From Succinivibrio sp. (lineage in GTDB: Bacteria; Pseudomonadota; Gammaproteobacteria; Enterobacterales; Succinivibrionaceae), in contig JBJFET010000139.1 in NCBI GenBank assembly GCA_051891035.1, positions 4,678-68,677 of the forward strand: a stretch of DNA of 64,000 nucleotides, given 5' to 3'. The position numbers and the translations under genes were made by a program. This document shows positions 29,202 to 38,692 of the stretch, in pieces. Below the pieces are notes generated by a model. That model searched no databases, was not told the origin of the DNA, and saw only the letters and a list, made by a program, of their open reading frames with translations. The first letter of the stretch is position 1. The number at the start of each line of letters is the position of its first letter.

Positions 29202-30224
29202 GTGAACAATATGAAATGTCGCTTGTTTTTTCTGTTAGGTCTATTGGCTTTTTGTTTTCAGACTGACACCTGTCAGGCCCAGCTTGCAGATGAGCAGAAA
29301 GCCCTTATAGACAGGGAGTATGTCGCACAGGCCGATTCGCTTATCTTTACCTACAATGATATGTCAGTACCTCTTGAGGCCTCTAAAATGCCTCCGCCTC
29401 CTGTTCCTGATACAGACAGAATCAAAGTAGTTCAGGCATCTGCAGATAATGGCGGTATAGAAAGTATGGTGTACTATCCAAAGACTGCCAGAGATAAATA
29501 TCCACTCGTGTTTTTCCTGCATGAAGGAGGCTATCTGTTCAGGAGCCTTTATTACAATTATGAGCGTTTTCTTTTCATGGCAGATAAGCTAGAAGCGGCT
29601 GTTGTCGTTCCAAGATATCCAATGGTATTTGAAAATCCGTTTCCAGGAGCAATTGAGGCTTCATACAAAGCGCTTGAGTATTTTATAAAAGAGCATAAGT
29701 CATACCATTTTGACAAGAATAAAACTGTCCTGATGGGAGGCAGTGCAGGAGGCAATCTGGCACAGGCTCTGGCACTGTACAATCTTGACAATTCAAACAT
29801 AAAAATCAGTTTTGTAGCCCTTCTCTATCCGATGCTTGATTACAAGACAGGATCAGAAACTAACACTTTGGATGATCCTAAAAACGGGCAGATTGTCTGG
29901 AACAGAAAGTCAAATGCCTTTGCCTGGAGCGTATTAAAACCAGACAGGGAGCTGTCAGAAAAAGAGTTTGGCTATTTCTCGCCAACCTATGCCAAAAAGC
30001 TTGAAGATCTTCCACCTACAGGAATATACGTAGGAAGTATTGATCTGTTTGCTCCAGAATGTCTTGAGTTTGCCTCAAGACTTGCCAAGTCAAATGTTAA
30101 GGTAAGTCTTCATCTTTATGCAGGTGAGTATCACATCTTTGATATTATCAAGCAGGATTCAAAGGTTACATCAAAGCTGTATGACGATCTGAGATTTGAT
30201 ATTTCGCAGGTTTCAGACCTATAG
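29202..30224 (+). CDS. Exported alpha/beta hydrolase (HSL-family esterase/lipase)
   Basis: Signal peptide; FLHEGGY (HGGG-like oxyanion motif), GGSAGG nucleophile, LYPMLD, SIDLF, YHIF catalytic His. Confidence 0.88.
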   Translation: MNNMKCRLFFLLGLLAFCFQTDTCQAQLADEQKALIDREYVAQADSLIFTYNDMSVPLEASKMPPPPVPDTDRIKVVQASADNGGIESMVYYPKTARDKYPLVFFLHEGGYLFRSLYYNYERFLFMADKLEAAVVVPRYPMVFENPFPGAIEASYKALEYFIKEHKSYHFDKNKTVLMGGSAGGNLAQALALYNLDNSNIKISFVALLYPMLDYKTGSETNTLDDPKNGQIVWNRKSNAFAWSVLKPDRELSEKEFGYFSPTYAKKLEDLPPTGIYVGSIDLFAPECLEFASRLAKSNVKVSLHLYAGEYHIFDIIKQDSKVTSKLYDDLRFDISQVSDL

Positions 30225-30251
30225 AAGTTCTGTAATCTGCAAAGTTACAGG

Positions 30252-30279
30252 AGAAGACCATGATTTGTCATGGTCTTCT
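30252..30279. terminator. Hairpin between convergent genes
   Basis: agaagaccatga-tttg-tcatggtcttct 12-bp stem. Confidence 0.65.
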
Positions 30280-30347
30280 GTTCATAGGGAGCAAGGATCA
30301 GACGGACACTCTTGTCTTCTCCTGTCTTCTGTAAATTATCCTGTAGT

Positions 30348-30893
30348 TTACCTGCTGCTAACTGCTTGTGCCCATTGAACTATTTCTCTTTCATCAGCAT
30401 AGCTACTAAATCTTTTGCCTTCAGTCCAGTTGCCGCCGTCAGCCATTTTTTCAAGCAGCTCTCCGCTCTGAGCAAAAGGCGAACTTGCTGATGTTGCAAA
30501 AGGAATAATCTTTTTTCCCTTTAGGCTGTTCGATTTTATAAAGGTGTTCACAGGCCAGGCGGCAATGCTCCACCAAATTGGATAACCTACAAACACGGTA
30601 TCGTATCGGTCAAAATTCTCTATCTTTGCATTTACAAGATTTACATCTCTTAGTGACTCGTTATCGTGCTCTCTTGAAACTCTAGAATTCGGATCTCTCC
30701 AGTTGAGATCATCATCTGTATAGGTCTGAACTGGCTGTAAAGACACAGTTTCTGCATTTACAGTTCTTGCGATGATTTCTGCTACTCTTTGTGTGCATCC
30801 TGAAGCAGAGTAGTAGACGACCAGAGTATCAGCACTTGCAGCTCCTGAAGATAAGACCGCTGCGCAAAGGATGTTTTTAATGATCTTTTTCAT
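30348..30893 (-). CDS. Flavodoxin (Flavodoxin_4-like) with an N-terminal signal peptide
   Basis: LVVYYSASGCTQRVA, YDTVFVGYPIWW, IIPFATSASS. Confidence 0.9.
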   Translation of the reverse strand: MKKIIKNILCAAVLSSGAASADTLVVYYSASGCTQRVAEIIARTVNAETVSLQPVQTYTDDDLNWRDPNSRVSREHDNESLRDVNLVNAKIENFDRYDTVFVGYPIWWSIAAWPVNTFIKSNSLKGKKIIPFATSASSPFAQSGELLEKMADGGNWTEGKRFSSYADEREIVQWAQAVSSR

Positions 30894-30938
30894 GCTTGTT
30901 CCTTATTTGACAAAGATAAGTTTGAATGTTACCTTTTC

Positions 30939-30969
30939 AGTATAGAACCTAAAGTTAACTTTAGGTCAA
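30939..30969 (-). promoter_or_regulatory. MerR-type promoter/operator for the flavodoxin gene
   Basis: Minus strand: TTGACC (30969-30964), 19-bp spacer, TATACT (30944-30939); perfect 20-bp palindrome acctaaagttaactttaggt at 30947-30966. Confidence 0.88.
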
Positions 30970-30990
30970 GATAATAACAGAGAAATTCTT

Positions 30991-31458
30991 ATGGAAATGA
31001 ATATTGGTGAGGTATCAAAACAGTTTGCCATTCCTGTATCTACACTAAGATACTATGATCAGGAGGGCCTGTTTCCTGAGCTGTCAAGAAAAAGCGGTAT
31101 CAGAAAATTCTCCGAGCGCGATTTAGGGGCACTTAGAGTAATTGAATGTCTGAAAAAGTCTGGCCTTGAGATCAAGGATATAAAGCAGTTCATGCTCTGG
31201 TGCAAAGAAGGGGCCGATACTTATGAGCAAAGAAAGGCTCTTTTTGAGAAGCAGAAAGAGCAGGTCTGCCTGGAGATGGAAAAACTCAGCAAGGTTATGG
31301 CAATGCTTGAGTTTAAAATCTGGTATTACACTCAAGCGATAAAGGATGGCAGTGAGGAAAAGCTTAAAAGCATGATCCCTGATCGTCTCCCTGAAAGGAT
31401 AAGAGATCTGTGGAAAAAAACACATGATGACGATTCACTGCTAAGTGAAAAAAAATAA
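30991..31458 (+). CDS. MerR-family transcriptional regulator (AdhR/NmlR-like)
   Basis: MNIGEVSKQFAIPVSTLRYYDQEGL, IECLKKSGLEIKDIK; divergent from the flavodoxin gene. Confidence 0.93.
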   Translation: MEMNIGEVSKQFAIPVSTLRYYDQEGLFPELSRKSGIRKFSERDLGALRVIECLKKSGLEIKDIKQFMLWCKEGADTYEQRKALFEKQKEQVCLEMEKLSKVMAMLEFKIWYYTQAIKDGSEEKLKSMIPDRLPERIRDLWKKTHDDDSLLSEKK

Positions 31459-31615
31459 CCAAAGACTTTTATAAAGTCTCATGAATCGGTGAAATAGCGC
31501 AGTCTTTTCCTGACTCATCCTGACTGTAACAAGTGGATGCAAATGCATCTGCTTTTGGGTGTGCCATGAAAAATGCGATATAATTGATATTATTTGTGAC
31601 ATCAAGTGGAAGAAT

Positions 31616-32158
31616 ATGTCTGAGGTTGTAATAGGAATCGATCCTGGCTCAAGGTTTACAGGTTACGGCGTAGTCAGAATGGATGGCAATGACGTTACTT
31701 ACCTCGGATCGGGATGTATAAAGACAGGAGATGGAGATCTGGCTTCAAAGCTTAAGGTTATCTATGATGGAGTCACTTCTCTTATCGAGCAGTTTAAACC
31801 GGATTCCATGTCAGTTGAAGAAACCTTTCTGTCAAAAAATGTCCAGTCAACAGTAAAGCTGTCAGAGGCGAGGGCCAGTGCAATTGTTGCAGGGGCCAAT
31901 CTTGGGGTGGCAATATTTGAGTACACTCCAATGCAGATAAAACAGTCTGTTGTAGGTTATGGCTGGGCTGACAAGGAACAGGTTCAGTTTATGGTCAAAA
32001 GACTTCTGCGCCTTAACGGAAATCCTCAGGCAGATGCGGCTGATGGTCTTGCCTGCGCACTATGTCACTGTTTTACAAGTAAGGTTACCAGGGCCATTGG
32101 AGCGGGTGTTGCAACTGTAGGATCCGTTCATGGCAGATTCCAGAGAGAAAAGGTTTAA
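31616..32158 (+). CDS. ruvC: Holliday junction resolvase RuvC
   Basis: IGIDPGSRFTGYG, VEETF, EYTPMQIKQSVVGYG, DAADGLA; ATG at 31616 preferred. Confidence 0.97.
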   Translation: MSEVVIGIDPGSRFTGYGVVRMDGNDVTYLGSGCIKTGDGDLASKLKVIYDGVTSLIEQFKPDSMSVEETFLSKNVQSTVKLSEARASAIVAGANLGVAIFEYTPMQIKQSVVGYGWADKEQVQFMVKRLLRLNGNPQADAADGLACALCHCFTSKVTRAIGAGVATVGSVHGRFQREKV

Positions 32159-32776
32159 ATGATAGGAAGTCTTTCAGGTAAAGTCCTAAGAATAGATGGT
32201 GTTACTGCGCTCATTGAGGTGGCAGGGGTTGGCTACGATGTAGATATGCCAGTTCCATGTCTTGGCTCACTGAAAATCGGCGAGAGCACCTTTGTGTACA
32301 TTCATCATACAGTAAGGGAAGATGCGCAGGTTCTCTATGGTTTTACCACCATAGAGCAAAGAGCACTGTTTAGGACTCTCATAAAGGTAAATGGCGTGGG
32401 ACCAAAAATGGCTCTTGCCGTGCTGTCTACATTTGAGGTGGACTCATTTGTGCAGACAGTTCTTGCTGAGCAGTCAAAGGCCCTAGAGCAGATCCCTGGA
32501 GTTGGCAAAAAAACAGCGCAGAGAATGGTTGTTGAGTTAAAGGACAGCTTAAAAGATACTGCCGGCTCATTAACAGCTACTGCAGATGTCAGCTCAGGAG
32601 CTCTTAGTGCAGCAAACGAGTCATTCAATGAAGCTGTAGCTGCAATGACCGCTTTAGGCTACAAGGAATCAGATGCAGTTCGATATGTCAAGATGGCGCT
32701 TGCTGACAATGCTTCAAAGAGTACACAGGATATTATTGTTGCTGCCCTGGCTCTGATTACAAAAGGACGTGCTTAA
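32159..32776 (+). CDS. ruvA: Holliday junction branch migration protein RuvA
   Basis: GVGYDV, VREDAQVLYGF, VNGVGPKMAL, IPGVGKKTAQR. Confidence 0.97.
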   Translation: MIGSLSGKVLRIDGVTALIEVAGVGYDVDMPVPCLGSLKIGESTFVYIHHTVREDAQVLYGFTTIEQRALFRTLIKVNGVGPKMALAVLSTFEVDSFVQTVLAEQSKALEQIPGVGKKTAQRMVVELKDSLKDTAGSLTATADVSSGALSAANESFNEAVAAMTALGYKESDAVRYVKMALADNASKSTQDIIVAALALITKGRA

Positions 32777-32779
32777 AAA

Positions 32780-33856
32780 ATGTCATCAAACAGCGAATTA
32801 GGAATATTTGCCGACAGTCTGCAGATAGATACATCTATTGTGAGAGCAGAAAAGACGCCTGAAGAAGAGATCCTTGAAATTTCAAAATCCTCAGAGGACA
32901 GAGCACTGCGTCCTCAGACTCTTGATGACTACATCGGTCAGGAAGAGGTAAAAGAGCAGCTTGGAATTGCGCTTAAAGCAGCAAAGCAAAGAGGAGAGGC
33001 GCTTGATCATGTGCTGATCTTCGGCCCTCCAGGACTTGGAAAGACAACTCTGTCAAATATTATTGCCAATGAGCTGTCTGTAGGCATTTCTCAGACCTCA
33101 GGACCTGCTCTTGAGAAAAAAGGTGATGCTGCTGCACTTCTTACAAATCTGCAGCCTAGAAATGTTATTTTTATTGATGAAATTCACCGTCTGTCACCTG
33201 TAATAGAGGAATTTTTATATCCTGCCATGGAAGACTATATGGTGGATATCATGACAGGCGAGGGACCATCTGCCCGCTCCATCAAGATAACCTTAAATCC
33301 TTTTACCCTGGTGGGAGCAACAACCAGGGCAGGTACCCTCACCTCTCCTCTTAGAGCCCGCTTTGGAATTATTCTTCAGCTGAAGTTCTATACACCAGAA
33401 GAACTTGAGATTATTATCAACTGTTCAGCTTCAAAGCTAAACGTGCTCATCGACAGGGATGGAGCTCATGAAATTGCCAAACGCTCACGAGGCACTCCAA
33501 GAATAGCCAACAGACTTTTGCGCAGAGTTCGCGATTATGCTCAGGTAAAGGGTGATGGCCGTATTACTCTTGAAATTGCAAAATCAGCTCTGAATATGCT
33601 CAGAATTGATGATGATGGTTTTGACGATTTTGACAGGCAGTACCTTCACAGTATGATTTATGACTTCGGAGGAGGCCCTGTAGGTATAGAAAGCCTTGCT
33701 GCATCATTAGGTCACGACAGGGATACACTTGAGAATGTCGTGGAGCCTTATATCATTCAGCAGGGATTTGTGCAGAGATCAAGAACCGGTCGAGTGGCAA
33801 CTGACAAGGCCTACAGAAAATTCGGCCTTGAGATTAAAAAGGAAGCGTCATCATGA
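32780..33856 (+). CDS. ruvB: Holliday junction helicase RuvB
   Basis: [45 protein letters not shown]. Confidence 0.98.
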   Translation: MSSNSELGIFADSLQIDTSIVRAEKTPEEEILEISKSSEDRALRPQTLDDYIGQEEVKEQLGIALKAAKQRGEALDHVLIFGPPGLGKTTLSNIIANELSVGISQTSGPALEKKGDAAALLTNLQPRNVIFIDEIHRLSPVIEEFLYPAMEDYMVDIMTGEGPSARSIKITLNPFTLVGATTRAGTLTSPLRARFGIILQLKFYTPEELEIIINCSASKLNVLIDRDGAHEIAKRSRGTPRIANRLLRRVRDYAQVKGDGRITLEIAKSALNMLRIDDDGFDDFDRQYLHSMIYDFGGGPVGIESLAASLGHDRDTLENVVEPYIIQQGFVQRSRTGRVATDKAYRKFGLEIKKEASS

Positions 33857-34296
33857 CAGTTAAGGTTTTTACTCATAATAGCAGAGTATATTATGAGGAC
33901 ACCGATGCAGGCGGAATAGTATATTATGCCAACTATCTGAAGTTCTGTGAAAGGGCAAGAACAGAATGGCTAAGGGCATCCGGTCTGTGCCAGAGCTCTA
34001 TGCTCGATGAGAAGAAAGGGTTTGTTATCACTAGCATTAAAGGTAACTACATCAGCTCGGCAAAGCTTGATGATGAGCTTAGTGTTACCTGTATTCCCAC
34101 AAAAGCCCGTCGAGCAAGTTTAAAAATTTTTCAACAAGTTTATAATCAGCATCAGGAATTGTTGTTTGAATTTGAGTGCTCCATTGCTTTTCTTGATATG
34201 GAAAAGAGAAAACCTGCAGTTATGGACAGCAAGACTCTAGAGTATATCAGGCAGTTTATTCCTGAGGATGTATCAAATTTTGAGGTAAGGATTTAA
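33853..34296 (+). CDS. ybgC: Tol-pal associated acyl-CoA thioesterase YbgC
   Basis: [30 protein letters not shown]. Confidence 0.95.
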   Translation: MTVKVFTHNSRVYYEDTDAGGIVYYANYLKFCERARTEWLRASGLCQSSMLDEKKGFVITSIKGNYISSAKLDDELSVTCIPTKARRASLKIFQQVYNQHQELLFEFECSIAFLDMEKRKPAVMDSKTLEYIRQFIPEDVSNFEVRI

Positions 34297-34299
34297 TAA

Positions 34300-35250
34300 A
34301 TGGAAGCAGCAGGTCAGTTATCAATTACCAAGCTTATTTTTGATGCCAGCCCACTGGTACAGGCGGTTATGCTTTTTCTTCTAGCGATGTCTGTAGCATC
34401 ATGGACAATCATAGTATCAAAGTCCAGTTCATACAAAAGTGCAAGAATGAAGGCTGATGAGTTTGAGGAGAAATTCTGGTCAGGAATTGATCTTAACAAT
34501 CTCTATCAGGAGTGTATCAAGCGTTCTGCAACTCTTGTCGGTCTTGAAGTGATATATGCAGCCGGATTCAAGGAGTTCGTAAGACTCATAAATTCAGGTC
34601 CTGCAGATCAGGAAGTGGTTATGGATGGTACCTACAGACAGATGAAAGTATCAGAATCAAGAGAGATTGAAAATCTTGAGAACCATCTTGCAACTCTTGC
34701 AACTGTAGGTTCAATCAGCCCTTATATCGGACTGTTTGGTACAGTATGGGGTATTATGCATGCCTTTATCGCCCTTGCTGCCGTAAAGAATGCAACCCTG
34801 TCAATGGTAGCTCCTCCAATTGCTGAGGCTCTGATTGCAACAGCAATGGGGCTGTTTGCCGCAATTCCTGCAGTTATGTTCTACAACCGTTTTGTTACAA
34901 AGGTTGAGGCTCTTGAGAACAGATATGTAAACTTCATGGATGAGTTTGCAACTATTCTGAACAGAAGATTAGTCCGTGTCCGTTCAGAAATGAATCAGAA
35001 AGCACAGTCTCAAGTTCAGCAGCCTGTTCAGGAGAGCGCAAACAGAAACTATCAGAATAGCACAGGATATGTAAGAGACAGTGCCAAGCCATATTCACAT
35101 CAGACAAATGAAGATCCTCAAAGCGCATTTGCAAGAGCAAGAATGAACAGGGCAATGCATCAGAACACCTCTTCTACCGTACAGTATCAGACTCCTGGAG
35201 TTGAGGGGGACAGATTAAGAAGATTGAACGGAACTTCTGTGGAGCACTAG
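34300..35250 (+). CDS. tolQ: TolQ with a long polar C-terminal tail
   Basis: FEEKFWSGIDL, LATVGSISPYIGLFGTVWGIM, IAEALIATAMGLFAAIPAV. Confidence 0.96.
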   Translation: MEAAGQLSITKLIFDASPLVQAVMLFLLAMSVASWTIIVSKSSSYKSARMKADEFEEKFWSGIDLNNLYQECIKRSATLVGLEVIYAAGFKEFVRLINSGPADQEVVMDGTYRQMKVSESREIENLENHLATLATVGSISPYIGLFGTVWGIMHAFIALAAVKNATLSMVAPPIAEALIATAMGLFAAIPAVMFYNRFVTKVEALENRYVNFMDEFATILNRRLVRVRSEMNQKAQSQVQQPVQESANRNYQNSTGYVRDSAKPYSHQTNEDPQSAFARARMNRAMHQNTSSTVQYQTPGVEGDRLRRLNGTSVEH

Positions 35251-35253
35251 TCT

Positions 35254-35688
35254 ATGCAGTCAGCTAGAACAAGAACTAAATCAAGGGCAAAAGCAGAAAT
35301 CAATGTAGTGCCATATATTGATGTTATGCTGGTGCTTCTGGTTATTTTTATTGCGACTGCACCTGTAGTGATGCAGGGGGTTACTGTTGATCTGCCTCAA
35401 GCTCAGGCTGAAACCATGAATGAGAATCAGCAGACTCCGATCATCGCAACAGTTGATAAGGTTGGTCAGTATTATGTAAGTATGGATTCTGAGGCTGTGA
35501 AGATGGGAAGCCTCGATGAGCTTACCTCATATGTGGCTCAGCTTTTGAGCAGAGAACCAACCCGTCCTGTAGTTGTGCAGGGGGATGCACAGGTTGCATA
35601 CGACAGTGTTATTCAGTTAATGAATGCCTTGAAGAACAGCGGAGTCAAATCTGTAGGTCTTGTAACAGAGCCTATAAATTCCAACTAG
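35254..35688 (+). CDS. tolR: TolR
   Basis: AEINVVPYIDVMLVLLVIF, VDLPQA, VGLVTEP. Confidence 0.96.
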   Translation: MQSARTRTKSRAKAEINVVPYIDVMLVLLVIFIATAPVVMQGVTVDLPQAQAETMNENQQTPIIATVDKVGQYYVSMDSEAVKMGSLDELTSYVAQLLSREPTRPVVVQGDAQVAYDSVIQLMNALKNSGVKSVGLVTEPINSN

Positions 35689-35727
35689 CAGTTTGTAGCA
35701 GTTTTATTTCAACTAAAAGTTTATTCT

Positions 35728-36729
35728 ATGAAGATCAATATGAAAGTGGCCTTTATTATAGCAGTTGCCCTGCATGCTGTAATAATAGCCTTTCTGGTTA
35801 TCAGAGTATCACTGGACAAGCCTTCAAGACCGAATATGGGGCAGGGCGATATCATGCATGCGACATTTATTCCTCCTGCAAAAGGAAATCCAAACGGCAA
35901 GGCACAGAATAAAAAAAGCGCAGAGAGTGTAAAAGTCGAAGATACAAAGAAGAAGCTTGAAGAGATTGAGCGCAAGCGTGAAGAGAATCAGAAACAGCTT
36001 GAGCAGAAGAAGGCTGAGCAGGAAAAGAAGAGACTTTTAGCAGAAGAACAGGCTAAAAAGGTGGAACAGGAAAAAGAGCTTGCCCTAAAGAAGAAAAAAG
36101 CTGAAGAGAAGAAAAAACTAGAAGAAGAGAAGAAAAAGAAGCTAGAAGAGGAAAAGAAGAAGCTAGAGGAAGAGAAGAAAAAGAAGCTTGAAGAGGAAAA
36201 GAAAAAGCTAGAAGAAGAGAAAAAGAAGCTTGAAGAAGAGAAGAAAAAGCTTGAAGAGCAGAAGAAATTAGAGGAAAAGAAGAAAAAAGAAGCCGAAGCC
36301 AAAAAGAAGGCTGAAGAAGAGGCTAAAAAGAAAGCAGAGGCTGAAGCTAAAGCTAAGGCTGCAGCAGAGGCCCGTGCAAAAGCCGCAGCGGATTCTCTTG
36401 AGGATGATATCCTCGGAACAGCTGATGGAGATGAGGTTAACGGACAGGGTCTAGGCTCTGCCGGTGGTGGAGATGGCGGTTATGGCGATAAGGTAAGAGG
36501 TCTTATTGAACAGAACTGGCGCATTGATCAGTCAATGAATGGTAAAAAGGTGGTTGTTTCTATCAGACTGTCATCTGATGGAACAGTAATGGACAAGACC
36601 TGTCAGGGAGATACCAGAGTCTGCGACAGTGCCATCAAGGCAATTGATATGGTAGGTCTGTTCCCTAAGCCACCTGCAACATGCCCAGAGTGTTCAAACA
36701 TTAAGATTTCTATGACACCAAAGCTGTAA
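35728..36729 (+). CDS. tolA: TolA
   Basis: N-terminal TM with AVALH, K/E/A-rich helical stalk, C-terminal domain (IEQNW..CDSA). Confidence 0.92.
   Translation: MKINMKVAFIIAVALHAVIIAFLVIRVSLDKPSRPNMGQGDIMHATFIPPAKGNPNGKAQNKKSAESVKVEDTKKKLEEIERKREENQKQLEQKKAEQEKKRLLAEEQAKKVEQEKELALKKKKAEEKKKLEEEKKKKLEEEKKKLEEEKKKKLEEEKKKLEEEKKKLEEEKKKLEEQKKLEEKKKKEAEAKKKAEEEAKKKAEAEAKAKAAAEARAKAAADSLEDDILGTADGDEVNGQGLGSAGGGDGGYGDKVRGLIEQNWRIDQSMNGKKVVVSIRLSSDGTVMDKTCQGDTRVCDSAIKAIDMVGLFPKPPATCPECSNIKISMTPKL
36103..36290 (+). repeat. Coding tandem repeats (KKK(K)LEEE, 21/24 bp) in the TolA stalk
   Basis: About 8 consecutive KKKLEEE-like units. Confidence 0.9.
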
Positions 36730-36770
36730 CAGGCATATAATAGGGTAACTTTAACCAAGGAGTTGTATTC

Positions 36771-38057
36771 ATGCTAAAAAGAGTTCTGGCTGCAGTTGCA
36801 ATGCTTTTTGTAGCATCTTCTGTTCATGCCGAATTACAGATTGAGATCACCGGTGGCATCAACGAAGGCCACAAGATTGCAATTTATCCGTTTACTCAGG
36901 CACCGGCAGTAAAGCTTGATGTTGCCTCAATTGTGTCAGCTGATCTGATGCGTTCTGGCAAATTCTCTCCAATTGCAGTGTCAGCACTTCCTCGAAATGG
37001 TGTCGTGGAAGGAAAGGTTAATACCGACGTGGTAGCTACAACAGGAGCAGAGGTAGCAGTATCAGGTATTGTTGAAGATCTTGGAAACAAAATGTACAAG
37101 GTTGAGTTCCAGGTGATAGGTCTTCAGGGGGATAACAAGGGAAAGGTTCTTGCCCATTATGCCGGAAACAGTGCCTTGGCAACCATGAGACAGGCTGCTC
37201 ATCGTGTATCTGACAGAGTTTATGAAACCTTTACAGGTCAGAAGGGATGCTTTAGAACACGTATTGCATATGTGGTAACTAAGTTTGGGGCAAACTTCCC
37301 ATATCAGCTGATGACTGCTGATTATGACGGATACAACGAAATTCCTGTCGTAAAATCAACTCAGCCAATCATGACTCCATCCTGGTCTCCTGATGGCACC
37401 AGACTTGCCTATGTAAGTTTCGAGAAGAGATCTCCGGCAATCTTTGTACAGGATATCTATACAAAGAAGCGTCAGAAGCTAGCTTCATTCACTGGTCTTA
37501 ATAGCTCTCCTGCCTGGTCTCCAGACGGTACCAAGATCGCAATGACCCTGTCAAAGGATGGACAGCCTGATATCTATTATTTTGATCTGACCACCTCAAA
37601 GTTCCACAGAGTCACAAGCAACAGAGCAATTGACACCGAGCCTACCTGGTCAGCTGACAGCAAGTCACTGTACTTTACCTCTGAGCGAGGAGGAAAGGCT
37701 CAGATCTACAGACATGATTTTGCAACCAATACAGCAAAGCGTGTGACCTATCAGGGTGCAAAAAATTTATCTGCAAAGCAGATCCCAGGAACCAATTCTC
37801 TGATTGTAATTACTCAGGTAAACGGATTCAGAGTAGCCCGCGTGGATCCTGATGGTAGCATTTATATGCTGACCACCTCCTCATTAGATGAATCACCAAG
37901 TGTTGCTCCTAATGGAAGTATGGTAATATATTCAACAGTTTATCAGGGACGTAAGGGACTGGCTTTAGTATCATCAGACGGCAGATTTAAGGCAAATCTT
38001 CCATCAAGTCAGGGTGAGATCAGCTCTCCTGCATGGGGTCCTCTTTTATCAAAATAG
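36771..38057 (+). CDS. tolB: TolB
   Basis: Signal peptide, ADLMRSGKF, TRIAYV, PD40 repeats (PSWSPDG, PAWSPDG), DGRFKANLP. Confidence 0.97.
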   Translation: MLKRVLAAVAMLFVASSVHAELQIEITGGINEGHKIAIYPFTQAPAVKLDVASIVSADLMRSGKFSPIAVSALPRNGVVEGKVNTDVVATTGAEVAVSGIVEDLGNKMYKVEFQVIGLQGDNKGKVLAHYAGNSALATMRQAAHRVSDRVYETFTGQKGCFRTRIAYVVTKFGANFPYQLMTADYDGYNEIPVVKSTQPIMTPSWSPDGTRLAYVSFEKRSPAIFVQDIYTKKRQKLASFTGLNSSPAWSPDGTKIAMTLSKDGQPDIYYFDLTTSKFHRVTSNRAIDTEPTWSADSKSLYFTSERGGKAQIYRHDFATNTAKRVTYQGAKNLSAKQIPGTNSLIVITQVNGFRVARVDPDGSIYMLTTSSLDESPSVAPNGSMVIYSTVYQGRKGLALVSSDGRFKANLPSSQGEISSPAWGPLLSK

Positions 38058-38086
38058 TTAAATTCTACATATAGGAAATTTAAAAA

Positions 38087-38605
38087 ATGTTTAAGAACTA
38101 TTTGTTAACACTTTTATGCTCAATGGCATTAGTAACACTTACAGCATGTTCATCAAGCAATGAGCAGGCTGCCCTTGTTGAAGACTCAGAGCCAGCTTTA
38201 GGTCTTGACGATGATGGAGCCCTGACTGTAGGTGATCCAAACGCACAGCTTGACGGCTGGAATGGTCCTGCTGAGCTTGCTGACAGCCACACCGTTTACT
38301 TTGCATACAATTCAGAGAACATTCAGGATCAGTATCTTGGCGTAATGCAGGCTAATGCTGCCTACCTCAAGAAGAATCCAGATGCCAGAGTGATTATCGA
38401 AGGCCATACTGATGAGCGCGGTACTCCAGAGTACAATATTGCACTAGGTGAGAGACGTGCCCGTTCAGTTGCCCGTTACATGCAGAACCTCGGTGTAGAC
38501 GTAAATCAGCTTTCAATTGTAAGCTATGGTGAGGAAAAGCCAGCTGTTGAAGGTCATGATGAGTCTGCATGGTCAAAGAACCGTCGTGCAGTTTTAAATT
38601 ACTAA
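38087..38605 (+). CDS. pal: Peptidoglycan-associated lipoprotein Pal
   Basis: Lipobox LTAC; IEGHTDERGTPEYNIALGERRA, SYGEEKP, KNRRAV. Confidence 0.98.
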   Translation: MFKNYLLTLLCSMALVTLTACSSSNEQAALVEDSEPALGLDDDGALTVGDPNAQLDGWNGPAELADSHTVYFAYNSENIQDQYLGVMQANAAYLKKNPDARVIIEGHTDERGTPEYNIALGERRARSVARYMQNLGVDVNQLSIVSYGEEKPAVEGHDESAWSKNRRAVLNY

Positions 38606-38628
38606 TTTAGAAAATCAGATATAATATT

Positions 38629-38660
38629 AAAGGCGAGAGTAATGATCCTCGCCTTTTTTT
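38629..38660 (+). terminator. Terminator/attenuator after pal
   Basis: aaaggcgag...ctcgccttt followed by T-run. Confidence 0.75.
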
Positions 38661-38692
38661 ATATTCGCCTCACAGGAGAATTACTTGCTGTT

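Noticed and set aside
31459-31615. LexA box or yebC upstream of ruvCAB
   Set aside because: No CTGT-N8-ACAG match seen and no room for a gene.
35988-36302. Antisense Phe/Ser-rich ORF (a similar one lies at 55231-55560)
   Set aside because: Reverse-complement shadows of K/E-rich repeats in tolA and the vWA protein.
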